A stretch of 62,936 nucleotides of DNA, filler included, from Porpidia crustulata (GCA_964255105.1; 5 parts of 5 records of this genome joined end to end with filler, not necessarily neighbours in it), one strand, 5' to 3'. Numbered from the whole stretch's first letter, positions 36,486 to 50,448 are shown. Made by a program: numbers and translations. The notes: a model not told the origin generated them from the letters alone.

Positions 36486-37737
36486 TGTTGGTAATCGGTG
36501 GTAGCGACTGAGACAGTAGATACCCCAGAAGAGCGACGGGCTGTATTGATGTAGCGGGGGCGAGAAAAGCAGATAGTGAATAGATATCGTTGAGAAGACC
36601 CGATGTGGTAGACGGGTAGAAGAGCAGAAGCACCAAGGTCACACTCTACGACCAGACAGGGTGCATTGCAACGAAAACGCGAGTATTGAAGACAATTGTG
36701 GACGACCGTTTAAAGACCCTTATATCTTGCCTGGACCCAGAGAGGCATAGCGTGGATGGACTTGACTCGAGACACAGAGTATACGAGTCGTTGACCATTC
36801 GAGACAATGTACAAGGTACTTGAAGGTCGCAGTTAGCGGTCAAAGGGCTCGTTTACGGACAGTCGCGGTTCAACGTCAGCCAGTGGAGTACACGAGCAGG
36901 CCAGAAGCGGAAGCGTAGTGGCCAGAAGATGCATGATGGATGTGGGTGGTTCGATTCAGACCTGGTGCAGTCTCATCACCACTCCAATTGGAATGATCAG
37001 GAAACGACAGCGAAACACAACAACATCGACCTAATCGACACCATCAAAGCTAATCATTTAATCATCCAGTCTCGCTGACCCGGGAGTTCAGTGGACGCAG
37101 GGAGCAAAGGCCTCATAGCCGCCAATCCGCGTTGCCGGGCTTGCGATGAATCATCAAAAGGCATGTCACTAGCCGTATAATGACACAATCTAGGTGAGCT
37201 GAGGGCAGAGAGAGAAGAGCGAGTCGATAATGGATAAGGGAAACACCAAGTCCTCGTTTGACAGGTTACGCTTCCTCGACTAAACCAGCCGTCAGAAAGT
37301 CTATAGTTTACCCAGACGCGCTAGACGTGTTGTCTCGCTTGGTGTCTGGTGTCCGTAATTTACGCAATGATGTATTACCATACGGTGTTCCGCCATGCGG
37401 CCAATCCATTCATCGTTCAGCCATCGACTAGGATACGACTGGGAGACGACCAGGATGGCGACCGGGGTCGATCACCGCTTGGGATGAGTTCGGGGCGGGT
37501 ACTTGTCGCAGTGCCGGCAGATCGGGGCAGGTTTAGCCACATCGTACAGAATCGACACCGGGATGTTGATTAGTCGGTGACTTCAAGACGTGGGCCATTT
37601 CGCCCCATCAGACGACCCACACCACAGGTACCTTAGTACCTGAACGCTAGCTGTTGTATGTACCTCCGTATGTAACTGCGTAGCATCTGGGATGTACTTC
37701 TACCTGGACACGGATGGACATGGATGGTACATGTGGG

Positions 37738-37837
37738 NNNNNNNNNNNNNNNNNNNNNNNNNNNNNNNNNNNNNNNNNNNNTTAATTAATTAANNNNNNN
37801 NNNNNNNNNNNNNNNNNNNNNNNNNNNNNNNNNNNNN
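37738..37837. other. Artificial contig-joining linker
   Basis: Same cassette. Confidence 0.98.
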
Positions 37838-38046
37838 ATCATATACGTCTCGGTCTCCACTTTCTTGGAGCTGGCGGTGGGGGCAAATTGGGTAGCGGCT
37901 TGCGAGAGGGTGGTAGGGTTGCGGTCGATGAGGGCGAGGTTCATACCGTGGGTGCGGCAGAGGCGCGCGATGGCGAGGCCGATGCCGGAAGCGCCACCTG
38001 TGATGAGGGCTGTGGCCCCGGATCGAAAGACGGGATGAGAAGGCAT
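37838..38046 (-). CDS. Short-chain dehydrogenase/reductase, N-terminal fragment (truncated)
   Basis: MPSHPVFRSGATALITGGASGIGLAIA...NLALID Rossmann motif, running into the linker. Confidence 0.85.
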
Positions 38047-38443
38047 TGTTGTGGGGTTGTTGAGGGAGGGTTTGGAAGGGGTTTGATGTTTGTGATTGGG
38101 ATATGGCGATAAAAGGGTGGAGGGGAAGATCGAGACTGATAACCGTCGGGATTAAGCAGCGGACTTAGGCAATTTCGGCGGAATGGCAAGTTCGAACCAC
38201 TCTTAGAAGATTAATAAACATTCATCGTAGCACGTTGTGGAAAGTCTTTCCTTGATGTTGATCTATCGTAAATGACCTGCCGTAAACGTAAAGTCTTGAT
38301 AAGAAACACCGCGGAAATTGCCATGCTTATGAGATTTTTGATATACAACCCACAGCGACGGACCCAATTTTCCAGAGCTTCGCCCATGCTTCCCAGCCCT
38401 CGAAGAATCATCAAAGAAACGCCTTTTGATAAGAACCGAGACT

Positions 38444-39424
38444 TCAACTCAGATCCATGTAGCAGTCCTCCATAGCTATTTGCGACACTTCCACCATGGA
38501 TTTCGGTCCACTCTCACAGGCTCCAGCGCTCACCATTGGGATCAGTTCGGGAGTCCTGACGGCCTTGAGCGTCTCCACTCCTTCAAACACCATTGGCGCA
38601 CGCTGCAAATTCGATAGGCATTTCTCCCAATCCGAACCCACCAATTGGCCTTCACTTAAATCCTCCTTGAATAGATAGAATCCTCCAGCTTCCTGGACAA
38701 GGTATGCATCCAATCCTCTGCTCTTCAGAACCACAGCCACGGTGTTCAGCGGATAATGATTCTCAATGTACTTTGCGTAACCACGCGCGGCGGCTTGTAT
38801 GTCTGGATCAGTGCTGACACGTGCCCATCCCACCCCGAGTAGATGCGTGAAATGGTCAACCACCGGTTCATCCGGTCCCAATTTGCTCAAGTCACTCGCA
38901 TGACTGTGACCAGTGTCGGAAGAATCGAGTGTGGAGGACGTGTCGCGTCGCTGACACTTCCGCATTGGCATGACCGACCGCTCTGTTGCATGAGCTGCTG
39001 CTAATTCATTGACTTCAAGTGTAGCTAACGCTTCAGCTTCAAGCTTGTCCTCGTACCAAGTCCCGGTCTGGCTCTCGGCCGAGGTTGAAACGCCCGTTGA
39101 TGGATTGATCAAAACCATTCCCTCGCCATAAATCGGTTCTGGGCTGACGACCGGCATTGGGGTAGAGTTCATTAAAAGCTCATTGTCAGCCTCGGGTTCC
39201 TCCTCACGGGACCGCTTCCGCGATAGATTGGTGGTAAGTGAGCTGAGAGTGGTAGACGGTGTGACTTGAGGAGCATTTGCTGGAGTGTCTGGCATGATGG
39301 TCTGATAAGTTTGATAATGAGACGACGCTGTTGTTGGATGTGATGTTGTATTAAATTTATGAGCTTGAGGTGGAAGGAAAATGGTCGGTGAGTCGGCATA
39401 TTCGTTGAATCTGAGGGAGCCCAT
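38444..39424 (-). CDS. Fungal hypothetical protein
   Basis: 326-aa ORF with a disordered N-terminus, a basic SRKRSR patch and a globular-looking C-terminal block (LLGVGWARV...AAARGYAKYIENHYPL...FYLFKEDLSEGQLV). Confidence 0.7.
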   Translation of the reverse strand: MGSLRFNEYADSPTIFLPPQAHKFNTTSHPTTASSHYQTYQTIMPDTPANAPQVTPSTTLSSLTTNLSRKRSREEEPEADNELLMNSTPMPVVSPEPIYGEGMVLINPSTGVSTSAESQTGTWYEDKLEAEALATLEVNELAAAHATERSVMPMRKCQRRDTSSTLDSSDTGHSHASDLSKLGPDEPVVDHFTHLLGVGWARVSTDPDIQAAARGYAKYIENHYPLNTVAVVLKSRGLDAYLVQEAGGFYLFKEDLSEGQLVGSDWEKCLSNLQRAPMVFEGVETLKAVRTPELIPMVSAGACESGPKSMVEVSQIAMEDCYMDLS

Positions 39425-41424
39425 ATTAGTGAGAGTTGGATCCTTCTGGTATTGAACACTTGGTTCAGGATGGGAAGGTATAAACGAGTGATGTGAGGTT
39501 CAGTGCAATGTAGTTATATGAAACAATCTGATGTTGATGAAACTGAAAACATTAGATGATGGAGAGTGTAAAAAGTATCTATTCTTTTCTCTCAGAGCGT
39601 GTTATGTAGGAGGGAATGGATGGGTGCAGCGGCTGGGGGATCTCTTATGAGCTTTCCGCAATCGAGACCTGGCGCCCTGAACAGACATGGCGCTAATGCC
39701 GAGCTAAACGAGGATCGACGATGAGTGACCGCCGTAATTGGCTAGATGGCCCGCTTTCTTGCGTAAGATTGTGGGGAACGGACTAAACGCTGCAGGGGTC
39801 GACAAACCATTTCAAGCTGTCAATCAGCCGTCTCAAACGTCCAGATGTCAAAGTTCCAGGGAGTAAATTGGGGACCATTCTGATTGTTGATTTGTGGCGT
39901 ACGGATTAATGCAGCGCTGTCAGATAGGCTTTGGTACCTGGCGATCAATCCTCTCGACCATTAAAGATCTCTTGTAGCGTGGACCAAGAAATGAATATGA
40001 TGCGCCAACGGCCAGCCGAAGAATCGATCCACCAATGCCCTCACGATCATAACGAAGGCGAGTTGGCAAGTAAAGATGCACGCTACTTCAAACCAGAGGT
40101 CAAAAGCACACATCAGCTTGCCGCCGAGGGTTGGAGTGTTGACCATAAGAAGGACGGAGTACGTGGCGTTGTGTAAGTACTGGATATTACATAGCCAGAA
40201 CAGCGAGATCGCGAGATCGCGGAAGCAAGATTTAGGAGGCCAAGAGGAATAATGTAGTCGTACCTCATCGTGGAAACATAAGATGTAGAGGGGCAGGATA
40301 GTGGTCATGACATTCTGAAATTCGTGCAGGTCGAGGTTCGCGTCGGAGAGAAGCAAAAGCCAATGTTGATGGCGGGCAATGGTGTAAGGCAAAATTCCCT
40401 TGAGAGCATCGCCCATACCTTCTAGTATTGGCCCATATTTCAAAGCTTCATACATGAAGAAAGGCATGCTGGGGATCGTGCAACGAAATTTCGCTAGGTC
40501 CTTGTGACCGGATATGAGAGTTTGATCGAATCATGGTAGAGAGTGTTTCTAGAGATGTGGTCAAGGCCCCAAAGTGTTCACTCTTTCGTCGCGCGTGTAA
40601 CACAATGTGTTGATTCATTCCAAATGACGTATCAATATTATTTGATGTTCGTGAAGAATCATTATTCTCTTAAAAATTCAATATCTTAGATGGTCGAGAC
40701 GATAGTGTGGTCGATTCGGATTTGTGTACAAAGATTGTGCAACGGAAAAAACCAAATAGGGCTACCTATGAAGCTGGCATTTCTTTTCTTTTGGCCCTGT
40801 AGGCAATCTCGGCCACACGATGGCCACCAATGCCTGATATTCTCAACTAGTGCTCTTGAGCTTTACAACCAGTTCTTCGACAAGTATCTCTAATTATCCT
40901 TTTTGGTAGAACAGATCCTCTCGGTCAAAATTCAAGCTGAAGTCTAGCGGTCCGTAGAATTCTGTCCGATTATTGAGATTGAATGTCTGATCGCAACACG
41001 GCGGGCATCTGGAGATCTGTCCAGGTTCCGAATGAATTATGTAAAAGCCTTAGCGGGTAGCAACGGAACCTGTGACAATCTACGAAAAATGCTGAGTATG
41101 ATGCCTTTTTGATGAATATGCTGAAGCAGAAGCTGCGCAAATGTATGCTTCCCATAAAAGGACGGCGTTTCAACCATGAAGTTAATGTCCGCTCACAGCC
41201 AGCTCGATTCTTAGCTTGAATCTCTAACTCGTGAATCAAAGTAAACTAAAAGTAGATGAAAGCCGCCCTATATTCATCTCATCAGCTCGTAAATAATTCA
41301 AAAGCCATGTTGTCACATGACTGAGAGCTTAGTAAGTGCGTAGATGAATCCATTGCACTACTTCAATGCTCCTAGATAAGCTACAGTAGCACCTAACATG
41401 TCATGCTTCGGAACCTCGAATCGC

Positions 41425-42026
41425 TCAAAACCCTAGCCCAGTGTTAGATCCCTTCCTCCTGAACCCTTGATTAAGAAGCTCAGGACTTACTAAGAGGAGT
41501 AAAAAACCATCTGTTTTTTCCACTCGAATATCTTTCCTCCAACGCCTTCTTGACTATCTTCTTGGCCTCTTCTCGCTGTGAAACCTCCTTGAACGTATCA
41601 TTTGTGACAACACCCTTCAATCCCTCCAATTCCAGAGTGTACCGTGTCGGCATCAAATGGTTATAATTGATGACCTTGATAAATGGCTTGACCTTACTGC
41701 GCTTTGTCTGACGGGCTTTTGACATGCGACGAGTGATTTGTGACGGGTAGCGTTCAATACCAGCGACCAGGGCGTGAGGGAATGGATGAGATTTTGAACC
41801 GGTATCTAGAGGTTGGATGATCACAACCTAGGTTGAGTACACATTAGATACTTAGACATAACAAGAAGCAGGCGTAGATTAAAGGACCCATCGCATACCT
41901 TCTTCCCAGCGTATCTGCCTCTCGTTATGATAGCCACACGGCCGATCTTGAGGACTGTTTGCGATAGCACTTGTCAGTTTATATCTCGTATTGTGTTACA
42001 AAGCACAAGAGGAACCTACACTTCAT
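41425..42026 (-). CDS. RPL27: 60S ribosomal protein eL27 (4 exons)
   Basis: Spliced [29 protein letters not shown]...[11 protein letters not shown]...[15 protein letters not shown] at 42026, TGA at 41427-41425. Confidence 0.96.
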
Positions 42027-42395
42027 CGTAGCTGTGGTGCAGGATGATGTCGTCGCTGGAGGTTGATTTTCGAGATCTGGAATCCGTGTGGGAGGTTCCT
42101 AGCCTTTCCGCTTAGGTCATGGTGGGCTCGGTAAAATCGCGCTTTTCTAGCGTGAGACTTAGTAATCTCTGTTTACTTCTTTAATCCTTGTTTACTTGAT
42201 TTTGATATTGACCCACGCTGTCGCAAGAAATCGCAACTTGAACACGCTTGATGCTGTTCGGCGAAGTTTCTGCTTGTTGAAGAATCTTCGCTTGGCGTCC
42301 CCCTGTCTCAGGGTGTTTCCTTAATTCTACCATGCTTCTTGTCTGAATTTGGTTAATACAACATTCCTCGATAGACGGAATCTCCATTTACCGCG

Positions 42396-45300
42396 ATGCC
42401 TTCTACTGATAGAGAGGAATCGAGAGAGTCTCGTGATCGAGAGCTTGTATTGAGACATCGAGCTTCATTCTCGGACTCTGGCCGCTCGTCGGTCCCCATG
42501 TACGCAATTTGATCCGTATATCGTTTTGGGTTGCCTATACTATTTCGCTCGGAATATCTGGATTGAATGAAGCTGACTACTTTTATTGAAAATTTTAGGT
42601 GGGATAGCTCTGATCCGGATCGTGCCCCTCCTCCTTTACCTCTCAATCCAGGGTCTGCGAGTCCAGCAGCAAAACCAAATACATCGGCCACAATTGCCGC
42701 GGCAGCGGAAGCCCTCACTGCCAAAGCAAGGGAAAGCGCCTACACTACGAACCCTCTTCCAAGCAAATCGCCAGAGAGATCTCTTATAAAGGGTCAATAT
42801 CATAAGCGCATGCAATCATTTCAAAATGGTAACGTCAACATGCGGGATCGAAGTAGCCATTTAGATGGTTCATCATCCCCAGAGCGGTCTCCCGAGAGGC
42901 TTGCCCGTCCATCAGCCGCTGATTATGATACCAAATCTCCAGAGAGGAGTCCAACGCGATCGGGAACTCCAACTTCAATCGCCAGAGACTTTGCTAGGGA
43001 TACACCAAATCTACGGCCAACAACGAGGCCTCCGCCCAAGGCTATTCTTGGGGAAAACACACCCCCTTCGGCGACAATGCTGGCACTACAGAACATGTCA
43101 ACTCCGAAAGACACAGATACGTCGTTGGCCAACATTACAAATGCTTCTTCCGCCATGATTCGGACTCCCCAGACGTTTGACGCCATTTCGGCACAAATTT
43201 TGAGTCTTACAACAATCGCGACTAACCTGCAGCGCGAAATGGCAAATCTCAGCAGGAGAAGTAAAGACAACGCTACTGATCTCATCAGTCTGAAGGAAGC
43301 TACCAATTCTCGAGACGAGGATATCCGGAAGAGTCTGAAGGATCTTGTCTCGAATCTATCTACACGCATGCTTGAGCCTAGTATGGATAACACTCCGCGG
43401 AACGCCAGCAACTATAACCGCGGGCCTAGTGCATATATGCTTGACAGTAAACCCCATGTATCTCCTCCTGGCATGTCTAAAAGCTTTTCACTCCCCAGAA
43501 TCCCTAGTCCAAACAGTTTCGCCGCTTCACTCGATCGTGAGGTCTCTCCTAATCCATATAATATTGAAGGCGCGGCCAGTATCGCGCTTCTTGAGAAGAT
43601 ACTACGGGAGATGGGCACAAAAGAGGGCCAGGATCGACTTATGTCCACGCTCTCCGAAATGCAGAGCGACCCCAAAATAAAGGGATCTGAGACAGCAGTG
43701 ACAAGAAAGTTGGAGGAAATTTTGAATTTCTTGAAGAATAGCAATAATAGCCGGGCTCTTGTTTCTCGAAAAGATAATGGAAACGGTTACGGAGAAACCC
43801 CACCCAAGCTTGAGCTCGACTTCGATTCCCGGCCTATGCCATTAGCTCGTACAACAAGAGAATTGACACCTCAGTCCGGCCCAGATTCAAAAGTCGACAG
43901 TCGTATGCGTAATACTGGCCCTGAAACGGGTGGCATAGTCAACGAGGAGATGCTCAAGCTGCTCAAAAAAGTCAAAGATAGTATTGCAGATGGAGGCGGT
44001 ATGACGGCAGAAATCAAAGCTCTCGTCCGAGAGCTTCGTGGAGAGGTTTTAGGTATGGGTCGCGAAATTGGTCGAAAGCTAGATCAAGCAGAGACCACTC
44101 GGGGACAGGATAACAGGGATGACGCTCGTGGTCCTGGACGAGAAGAGATTGCAATGATCGTACAAGAAGGTCTCGCTGAGCTCAGAGATCATATGGACAA
44201 CGTCATGCGCGAGCGGCGACGTCAATCCTCTGCATCAAGTGTATCTCGCAACACCGTTGACAGCCAAGAGGTCTATACTGCTGTCAAGAATGCCCTGAGT
44301 GAAATTCCACTTCAGCAACAGTTGGCGATGAATGACCATGGGTCTGGGATTGAACGAGAGGAAATCCTCGAGGCTGTCCGTGAAGCCTGGGAGACCTACA
44401 AGCCGGAGATTGAATTGCAGAACTTTGGTCTCGAGCGCGACGAAATTTTGCAGTGCTTGAAAGAAGGATTACAAGAGTATCAGCCCCGCGATCAGACGAA
44501 AGCTCCTGGTGGTGCCAGCTATGAAGAGATCCTTGATGCCTTTCGGGAAGCTTTGCAGCACTTTAAACCACCAGCTCCTGTAGAAACGGAGGCGACTGTC
44601 ACTCGTGAAGAGATTCTGATGACTGTAAGAGAGTGTCTGGATGGTTTCGAGTTCCCAACGTCTAGTCTTGGAGTACCAAGAGAAGCAGAAATGACACGCG
44701 AGGATGTTCTTGATGCGGTGAAAGAAGGCCTTTCAACTCAAGCACCCATCTCCAAAGAGATCGAATTCAATCGTGATGATCTTTTTGAAGCCGTACGGGC
44801 CGGGCTGGAAGGCGCCCCTACTCCCATGGGTGGCGTGGGAGAGCAAGTGCTCGATAAGATGCAAGACCTGATCGATGGGATGAAGGGTGAATTCAAGCAA
44901 TATTCCGCCGCTAACGGAGGTGACACTGAGCAGGTACTTGACGCCATGAAAGATGGTCTGGAGGTCCTACGCGCAGATATTGAGACTTATGTCGACCGTG
45001 CCGCTGATGTTACTGGGAAAGATGAGATAATTGATACAGTCAGAGAAGGCCTAGCAAATCTTCGTCTTGACCTGGAAGGTAGTATCGCCAACGTACCCCG
45101 TGGCTCGGAGCCTAATGATAATAGTGAAATCTTGGACGCTCTGGAGAAAGAATTCGAACATCTGCGCCAGACCATCGCAACATCCATGGTCCGGAGCGGA
45201 GATAGTGCCACAGATAAAGAAGAGGTTCTTGATGCTATAAGAGATGAGATGGGGAGCCTAAAGACCAGCTTACCTAGGGGTCCAGCAGGAAGTGCTGAGA

Positions 45301-48300
45301 CTATTCGTGTTATGAGAGAGGAATTCGAGCATTTACGAGAAAGTTTTGCGACAACTCTAGTACAAAGTGCTGTGTCAAGCGACAAGGCAGAGATGCTTGA
45401 AACGATCCGGGAAGGGTTTGAAAATGTTCGAGCTGAAGTCGTTCTTAGGCCAGATAAGGCAGAGAGTATTATGTCCAGTCCTGGCGAGCTAATAGATGCT
45501 CTCAATGACGGACTGGATGGGCTTAGAGTGGATGTGGAGAAGATGGTTAATAAGCCTCAGGATATGACAGTTAATTATGAGATACTTGACACGTTGAAGG
45601 AGGGACTTTCCAATGTCCGATTCGACTTGGAGCGCCTGCGTTCCGATGGGTTGGCGCAAGGGGATGTCGCTGGCCGCAGGGGAGGCGAAGTTGTCATTGC
45701 CGACGGAGAGGTAGAGAACCTGCGACGAAACGACATCGAAAACCTAGAGGTGATGATCACACAACTCAGAATCAAAGTTGAAGCACTCGACAATATGCCG
45801 CCACCACCTCCTCAACAGCCAGCGCCGCTTGCCGAGGGCGCTGTAGCCAAAGAAGATCTCGAAAGTATTGAGATGCTTTTGAGAGACATCCAAGCCAACA
45901 TAACAGAGCTAGCCCAACGTGAGCGAACACAGGACGATGTTGCTACGAAGAATGACACCGAAGCCATTGAGACCCTACTTCGTAACACAAAAGCTAAGAT
46001 AGATGAAATGACTTCTGCAGAATCAGAGGGTCTGGCCAGAGTTGCGCAACTCGAGGCAATTGAATTGATCGTCAAGGAGACTCGAGACGCATTCAACGAC
46101 CCCAATAACCATAGCGTTACTAAAGATGATGTAAGCGTCCTCGAGGCGCTGCTCAAAGAGGTACGTATTGGTATAGAAGAGATACGTGATAGACAAGCAG
46201 TCACTGGCAGTGGTGATCAAGTTACTAAATCCGACATCGAAGCTCTCGAACTTTTGTGCATGGACACCAAAACCCAGATCAATGAGTTATCACTTCCAAG
46301 TGCCGAGACTTTCCCCACCAAAGTCGATCTGGAAGAGCTTGGAGGGCTTATTAAAGGCTTTCAAGAGAAAGTCGAAATTGATGCTGATCTAACGGCCCAA
46401 GCGTTTGAGGCGCGAAAGATCGAGCATGGTGGTTTAGCGGATAAGATTGAAGAAGTCAAGGTGTTCCTAGATGACGTTCGGGAAGAACTCAAAACCAAGC
46501 TGAAGGAAGGTGACAACAGCGTCCAAGATTTAGCAAAGACGCTGATGACCATCACCGAAACCGTGGTCGCCACCGATGGTACTGCGGCAATTAAGGAGCT
46601 TTTGGATACCATTAATAGGGGCTTCGACTCTGTCCATGGAGTCTCCGAAGAGGCCAAACTTGAGTCAGACCAGAAGCACACTTCCATGATTGAGAAACAC
46701 GATGAGCACAGAACGGTCATCCTCACGGAGCTCAATTCTAAAATCGACGAACGCTTCGATGAGATCATGATTAAATATGATGATGCTCAATTAGCGGCAG
46801 AAGTAAAGGAACGGACTTTAGGAGCCAAAGATGAGCAACAGGCTGAGGCCATGAATACTACTAAAGCCATTGCGGAAGATCTCCGACTTCTCGTGGATAC
46901 TCTTGGTGCTACTGTCACAGACTCATGTGACCGCATGGGTGAAGACTCGAAGACGGTATTTCATCGCATTGAAAATCTCAGCGTTAAGCTTGATCAACTG
47001 CTTATTGCAGATGGAAAAGTCGAACACCACACCACAAGGGCCGAAATTTCAAAGACACTTGCAAGCGTAGAGGGTGTCCAAGTACACGTTACAGAGTATC
47101 AACCTAAGATCTTGGAGGCAATCAAAGACGTATTAAACATTGTGCAACAGCACTACGAGCAAGCGAAAACATCGACAGAAGAAATTAAGACGACCGTTAA
47201 CGCTATACCTGGAGCCATACCATTGCCGGCTATTGCAGCACCAATCCCTTCTTCTCCATTCGCTAGAGACATATCTGTCCAAGAGAAGTATGATGATAGT
47301 GAAGTCCATATGAAGCTTGATCAATTAATTGAAAAGAATCGCGAACAAGAACCTCTGGCGCAAGTCGCCTTATTAGAGGAGATCCGAGAGCAGGTCGCTG
47401 CTACTGCAAATGATTTCAATGCTTTTGTCGCTGGGCAACAAGCTACAATCATGGAGGTTGCGGATTCGCGTACCAAGGAAGCTGAAGAGGTAGCTATCGC
47501 TCTTGAGAAAAGGATTGCGCAAAAGGAATCGGTCGAAGCAGATGTAGTCCGACTCTCTGAGGAAAAGGATTGTCTACGTTCGGATATTCAAGAGCTTCTA
47601 AAGAAAAAAGAAGATTTGTTGGCTCAGAGATCAAGAATGCAAGCAGATTTATCGTCGCTGCATACTGCGCTCGAAATTCGTCGTGAGGAATTACACGTGA
47701 TGGAAGCTAGAGCAGATGGTTTGGAACGTCGCATTTTGGATGGTGTGTTAGATCACTCGAGATCACTGTTAACCACTTCAAGGCCTCAATCCAGTCTAAA
47801 GGAAATGAATCTGAAAAGAGTAGCATCATCAGCGAGCAACGCCACAACTGTTCCACGGGCTAGTACGGCTGCAACTACAGTACCTTCATCGACGGTAAGT
47901 ACAGTGAGCAGCGGTATCGGTATGGCGTTGAAACGACGCCAGCCACCCAAAAGCACCAATCAAAGTAGTGTGACAGGAACTAATAGCCGACGGATCTTAA
48001 GTCTCAGTACCCTTGGGGTAAACAAAGGGACCGGCGCGGAGCGGTCCATGGTTCTCGCAAATCCTTCAAATAGCGGCACTGCTAAGGGCGTTGGATTTGG
48101 AGTGAAGAGAAGCCACAGTGTCAAATCCAATTTTCCCATAAGAAAAGCTAGCTGGGGCGGCACAAAAGCACTTGGGATGTACGGAGATGAAGGAGTTGAT
48201 GACGGTGATGACAAAGAGAACAGCATCTTGAATGAGGAAGATGAAATAGAGGACATGGATGGAAGTGAAGCAGGAACGGAGCGGAGGACGAGCTATTCTG

Positions 48301-48632
48301 GGACGTATACCGGAACTGGGAGCTACGGTGAGGGTAGTATAGTGTCAAGTGATGATAGGAGGACCAGCTACGCCGCTTCCACCATAGGTACAGTGGGTAA
48401 CAGAGGCGGTGTCTTGGAAGAAGAAGAAGAGTCGGATTCAGAATCAGAATCATTACATGATACTGAGCCGGAAGTCGACTCTGGGCACTATCCCGGGGAT
48501 GTCATGGCAACAAGAGGGCAAATCAGCAACGCGGGTGAGATGGTTATTTTTGGCCTCCCAAGCGACAGTGGGATTGGCACAGACATGCCGACGGCAACTG
48601 TGGAGGGAGGAAGTGATTATTTCAAGACTTGA
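42396..48632 (+). CDS. Large (~2050 aa) coiled-coil/helical-repeat protein of unknown function
   Basis: Exon 1 from ATG 42396 (MPSTDREE...SSVPM), intron about 42500..42598, then WDSSDPDRAPPPLPLNP and a 2000-codon open frame with heptad-rich segments. No Walker motifs seen. Confidence 0.85.
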
Positions 48633-49188
48633 TAGCAGGCGAACCATAGGGGGTTTACTCGAAAAAGGTCTGACATTTTAGCAATGCTTCTATCGTTGTT
48701 TATTCTTAGCGATGGTGTTCTTGGAGCACATACTTCACAACGATAGCTTTGGGTGCTACGGGAAGGTAGGTTAGGAGATCAGGTAGACATTGCTAGGTAG
48801 CCATTCATACGTAGGAAGGTATTATGAAGCGATGTTGTTATTCAACTACTCGGAATTATACTTCACTTTTGGAGACATGTCGACTAGCTTTTGAGGCAGA
48901 TTAAGGTGTAGACCGACAAATTTTGCGACCATACATGCAACTCATTTTCATGTTCGTCCTTCGAACTCGACAATAAGTATCTAGGTACCAAGTGCACATG
49001 AACGACGTGTGGACGTCAGGCAGTAGGAAATTGAGTATAAAGACTAAATTGGTTTAGCTTCGGTTGCAGCCCTACGAGGCGCTAGAAGTGGTCGCGATTC
49101 GCGATGACAGCTCAAAATGCTATCAAAGTATTAAAGCAAGATTCCGCGACAAGCGTAATAATCGAAAGCAAAGTCCCGAGTCGCCAAA

Positions 49189-50348
49189 ATGAACGCGGCA
49201 ATGCAGAGCCAGTACCGCAACCACCAACAACTTCCCCAGAGATCCCCTCGAAATACCACATCAAGACGGGGGCCGGGTGAGGCGCTCCTTCCCCGTTGAC
49301 ATTGCTTTACTTAATTTTGCTATCATCAAGGTCCTATGGTATCTTCCCATGCTCAACAGCAGCCTTCGGGTGCTCACCTACTTGCAATGCAAAATCAAGC
49401 TAAACTTGAAGTGGAGGCGGCCATGCGACGCGCCAAAAAGCCTACGGACAAGAACATGCCAGAGGGTGTAGAGGACCTCATCATTGGAGATGGCGTGGAT
49501 CATTATAAACGTCTACGTGACATTGAGCGTAGACTAGATGCTGTGATGATGCGGAAGAGATTGGATATGCAGGACTCCACGCAGCAAGGCTTCAAGAGGC
49601 ACAAGACTTTACGGGTATGGATCTCTAACACCGTGGAGAATCAGCCCTGGCAAGGAAGGAGTTTGGACGAGAACGCTTTTGATTTCAATACGGGATTGGA
49701 AGCTACATACAAGGTTAGAATCGAAGGCCGGGTCTTGGACGACCATCAGGATTTGGATAAGGATAGCGACGACGAAGAAGAGAGCGAGTCTAAGTCTTCA
49801 GAGATGAATACAGAAGCCACAGATCATGACGGTGATACGAAGCCAGAGCCCGCCGATCGTCCATTCCAACAGCCTCGATACAAGTTATCCCACTTCTTCA
49901 AAGCAATCACGGTAGACTTCGATAGGGGCAAAGACTTTCAACCTGAATCTTCAACACAAATTGAATGGAAGAAACCTGCAACCACACCAAACGTCCCGGT
50001 TCTGCCAGCAGCCGCCGACTTTGATAGCATCGAATTCGAGAGGAAAAGCGACGAGAACCTCAATTGCACAATCAATTTCTACCGTGACGAGACCCCCGAG
50101 CGCTTTCGCCTGAGCAAGGAGCTTACAGATGTCGTTGACGCCGAGGAGGACGATAAAACTTCTGTGTATCACGGTATTTGGGAATATGTCAAAGCAATGG
50201 GTCTTCAGCAAGATGAAGAGAAACGCCTTATTCAGTGCGATGATCGCTTGCGGAAGGTACATAGCCTCTTACCCCCATAAAGCATCCCCTACCCTCAAAA
50301 TATTCCTTAAACCCCCTCTACTAACTCTCTCCCTCAGCTCTTCAAATC
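49189..50348 (+). CDS. SWI/SNF-RSC 60-kDa subunit (BAF60/SMARCD, Ssr3/Swp73/Rsc6 family), 3' truncated
   Basis: RRAKKPTDKNMP...ERRLDAVMMRKRLD...LRVWISNT...RIEGR...FKAITVDF, then the start of a SWIB domain (RFRLSKEL...IWEYVKAMGLQ..IQCDDRL). Introns at about 49277..49330 and from about 50257. Confidence 0.9.
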
Positions 50349-50448
50349 NNNNNNNNNNNNNNNNNNNNNNNNNNNNNNNNNNNNNNNNNNNNTTAATTAA
50401 TTAANNNNNNNNNNNNNNNNNNNNNNNNNNNNNNNNNNNNNNNNNNNN
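50349..50448. other. Artificial contig-joining linker
   Basis: Same cassette. Confidence 0.98.

Noticed and set aside
37838..38046. SDR fragment as an extra member of the polyketide cluster
   Set aside because: It lies on a different contig, across an artificial linker.
39931..41239. Short ORFs or possible snoRNA between the hypothetical gene and RPL27
   Set aside because: No recognisable domain, splice model or paired C/D boxes with a terminal stem.
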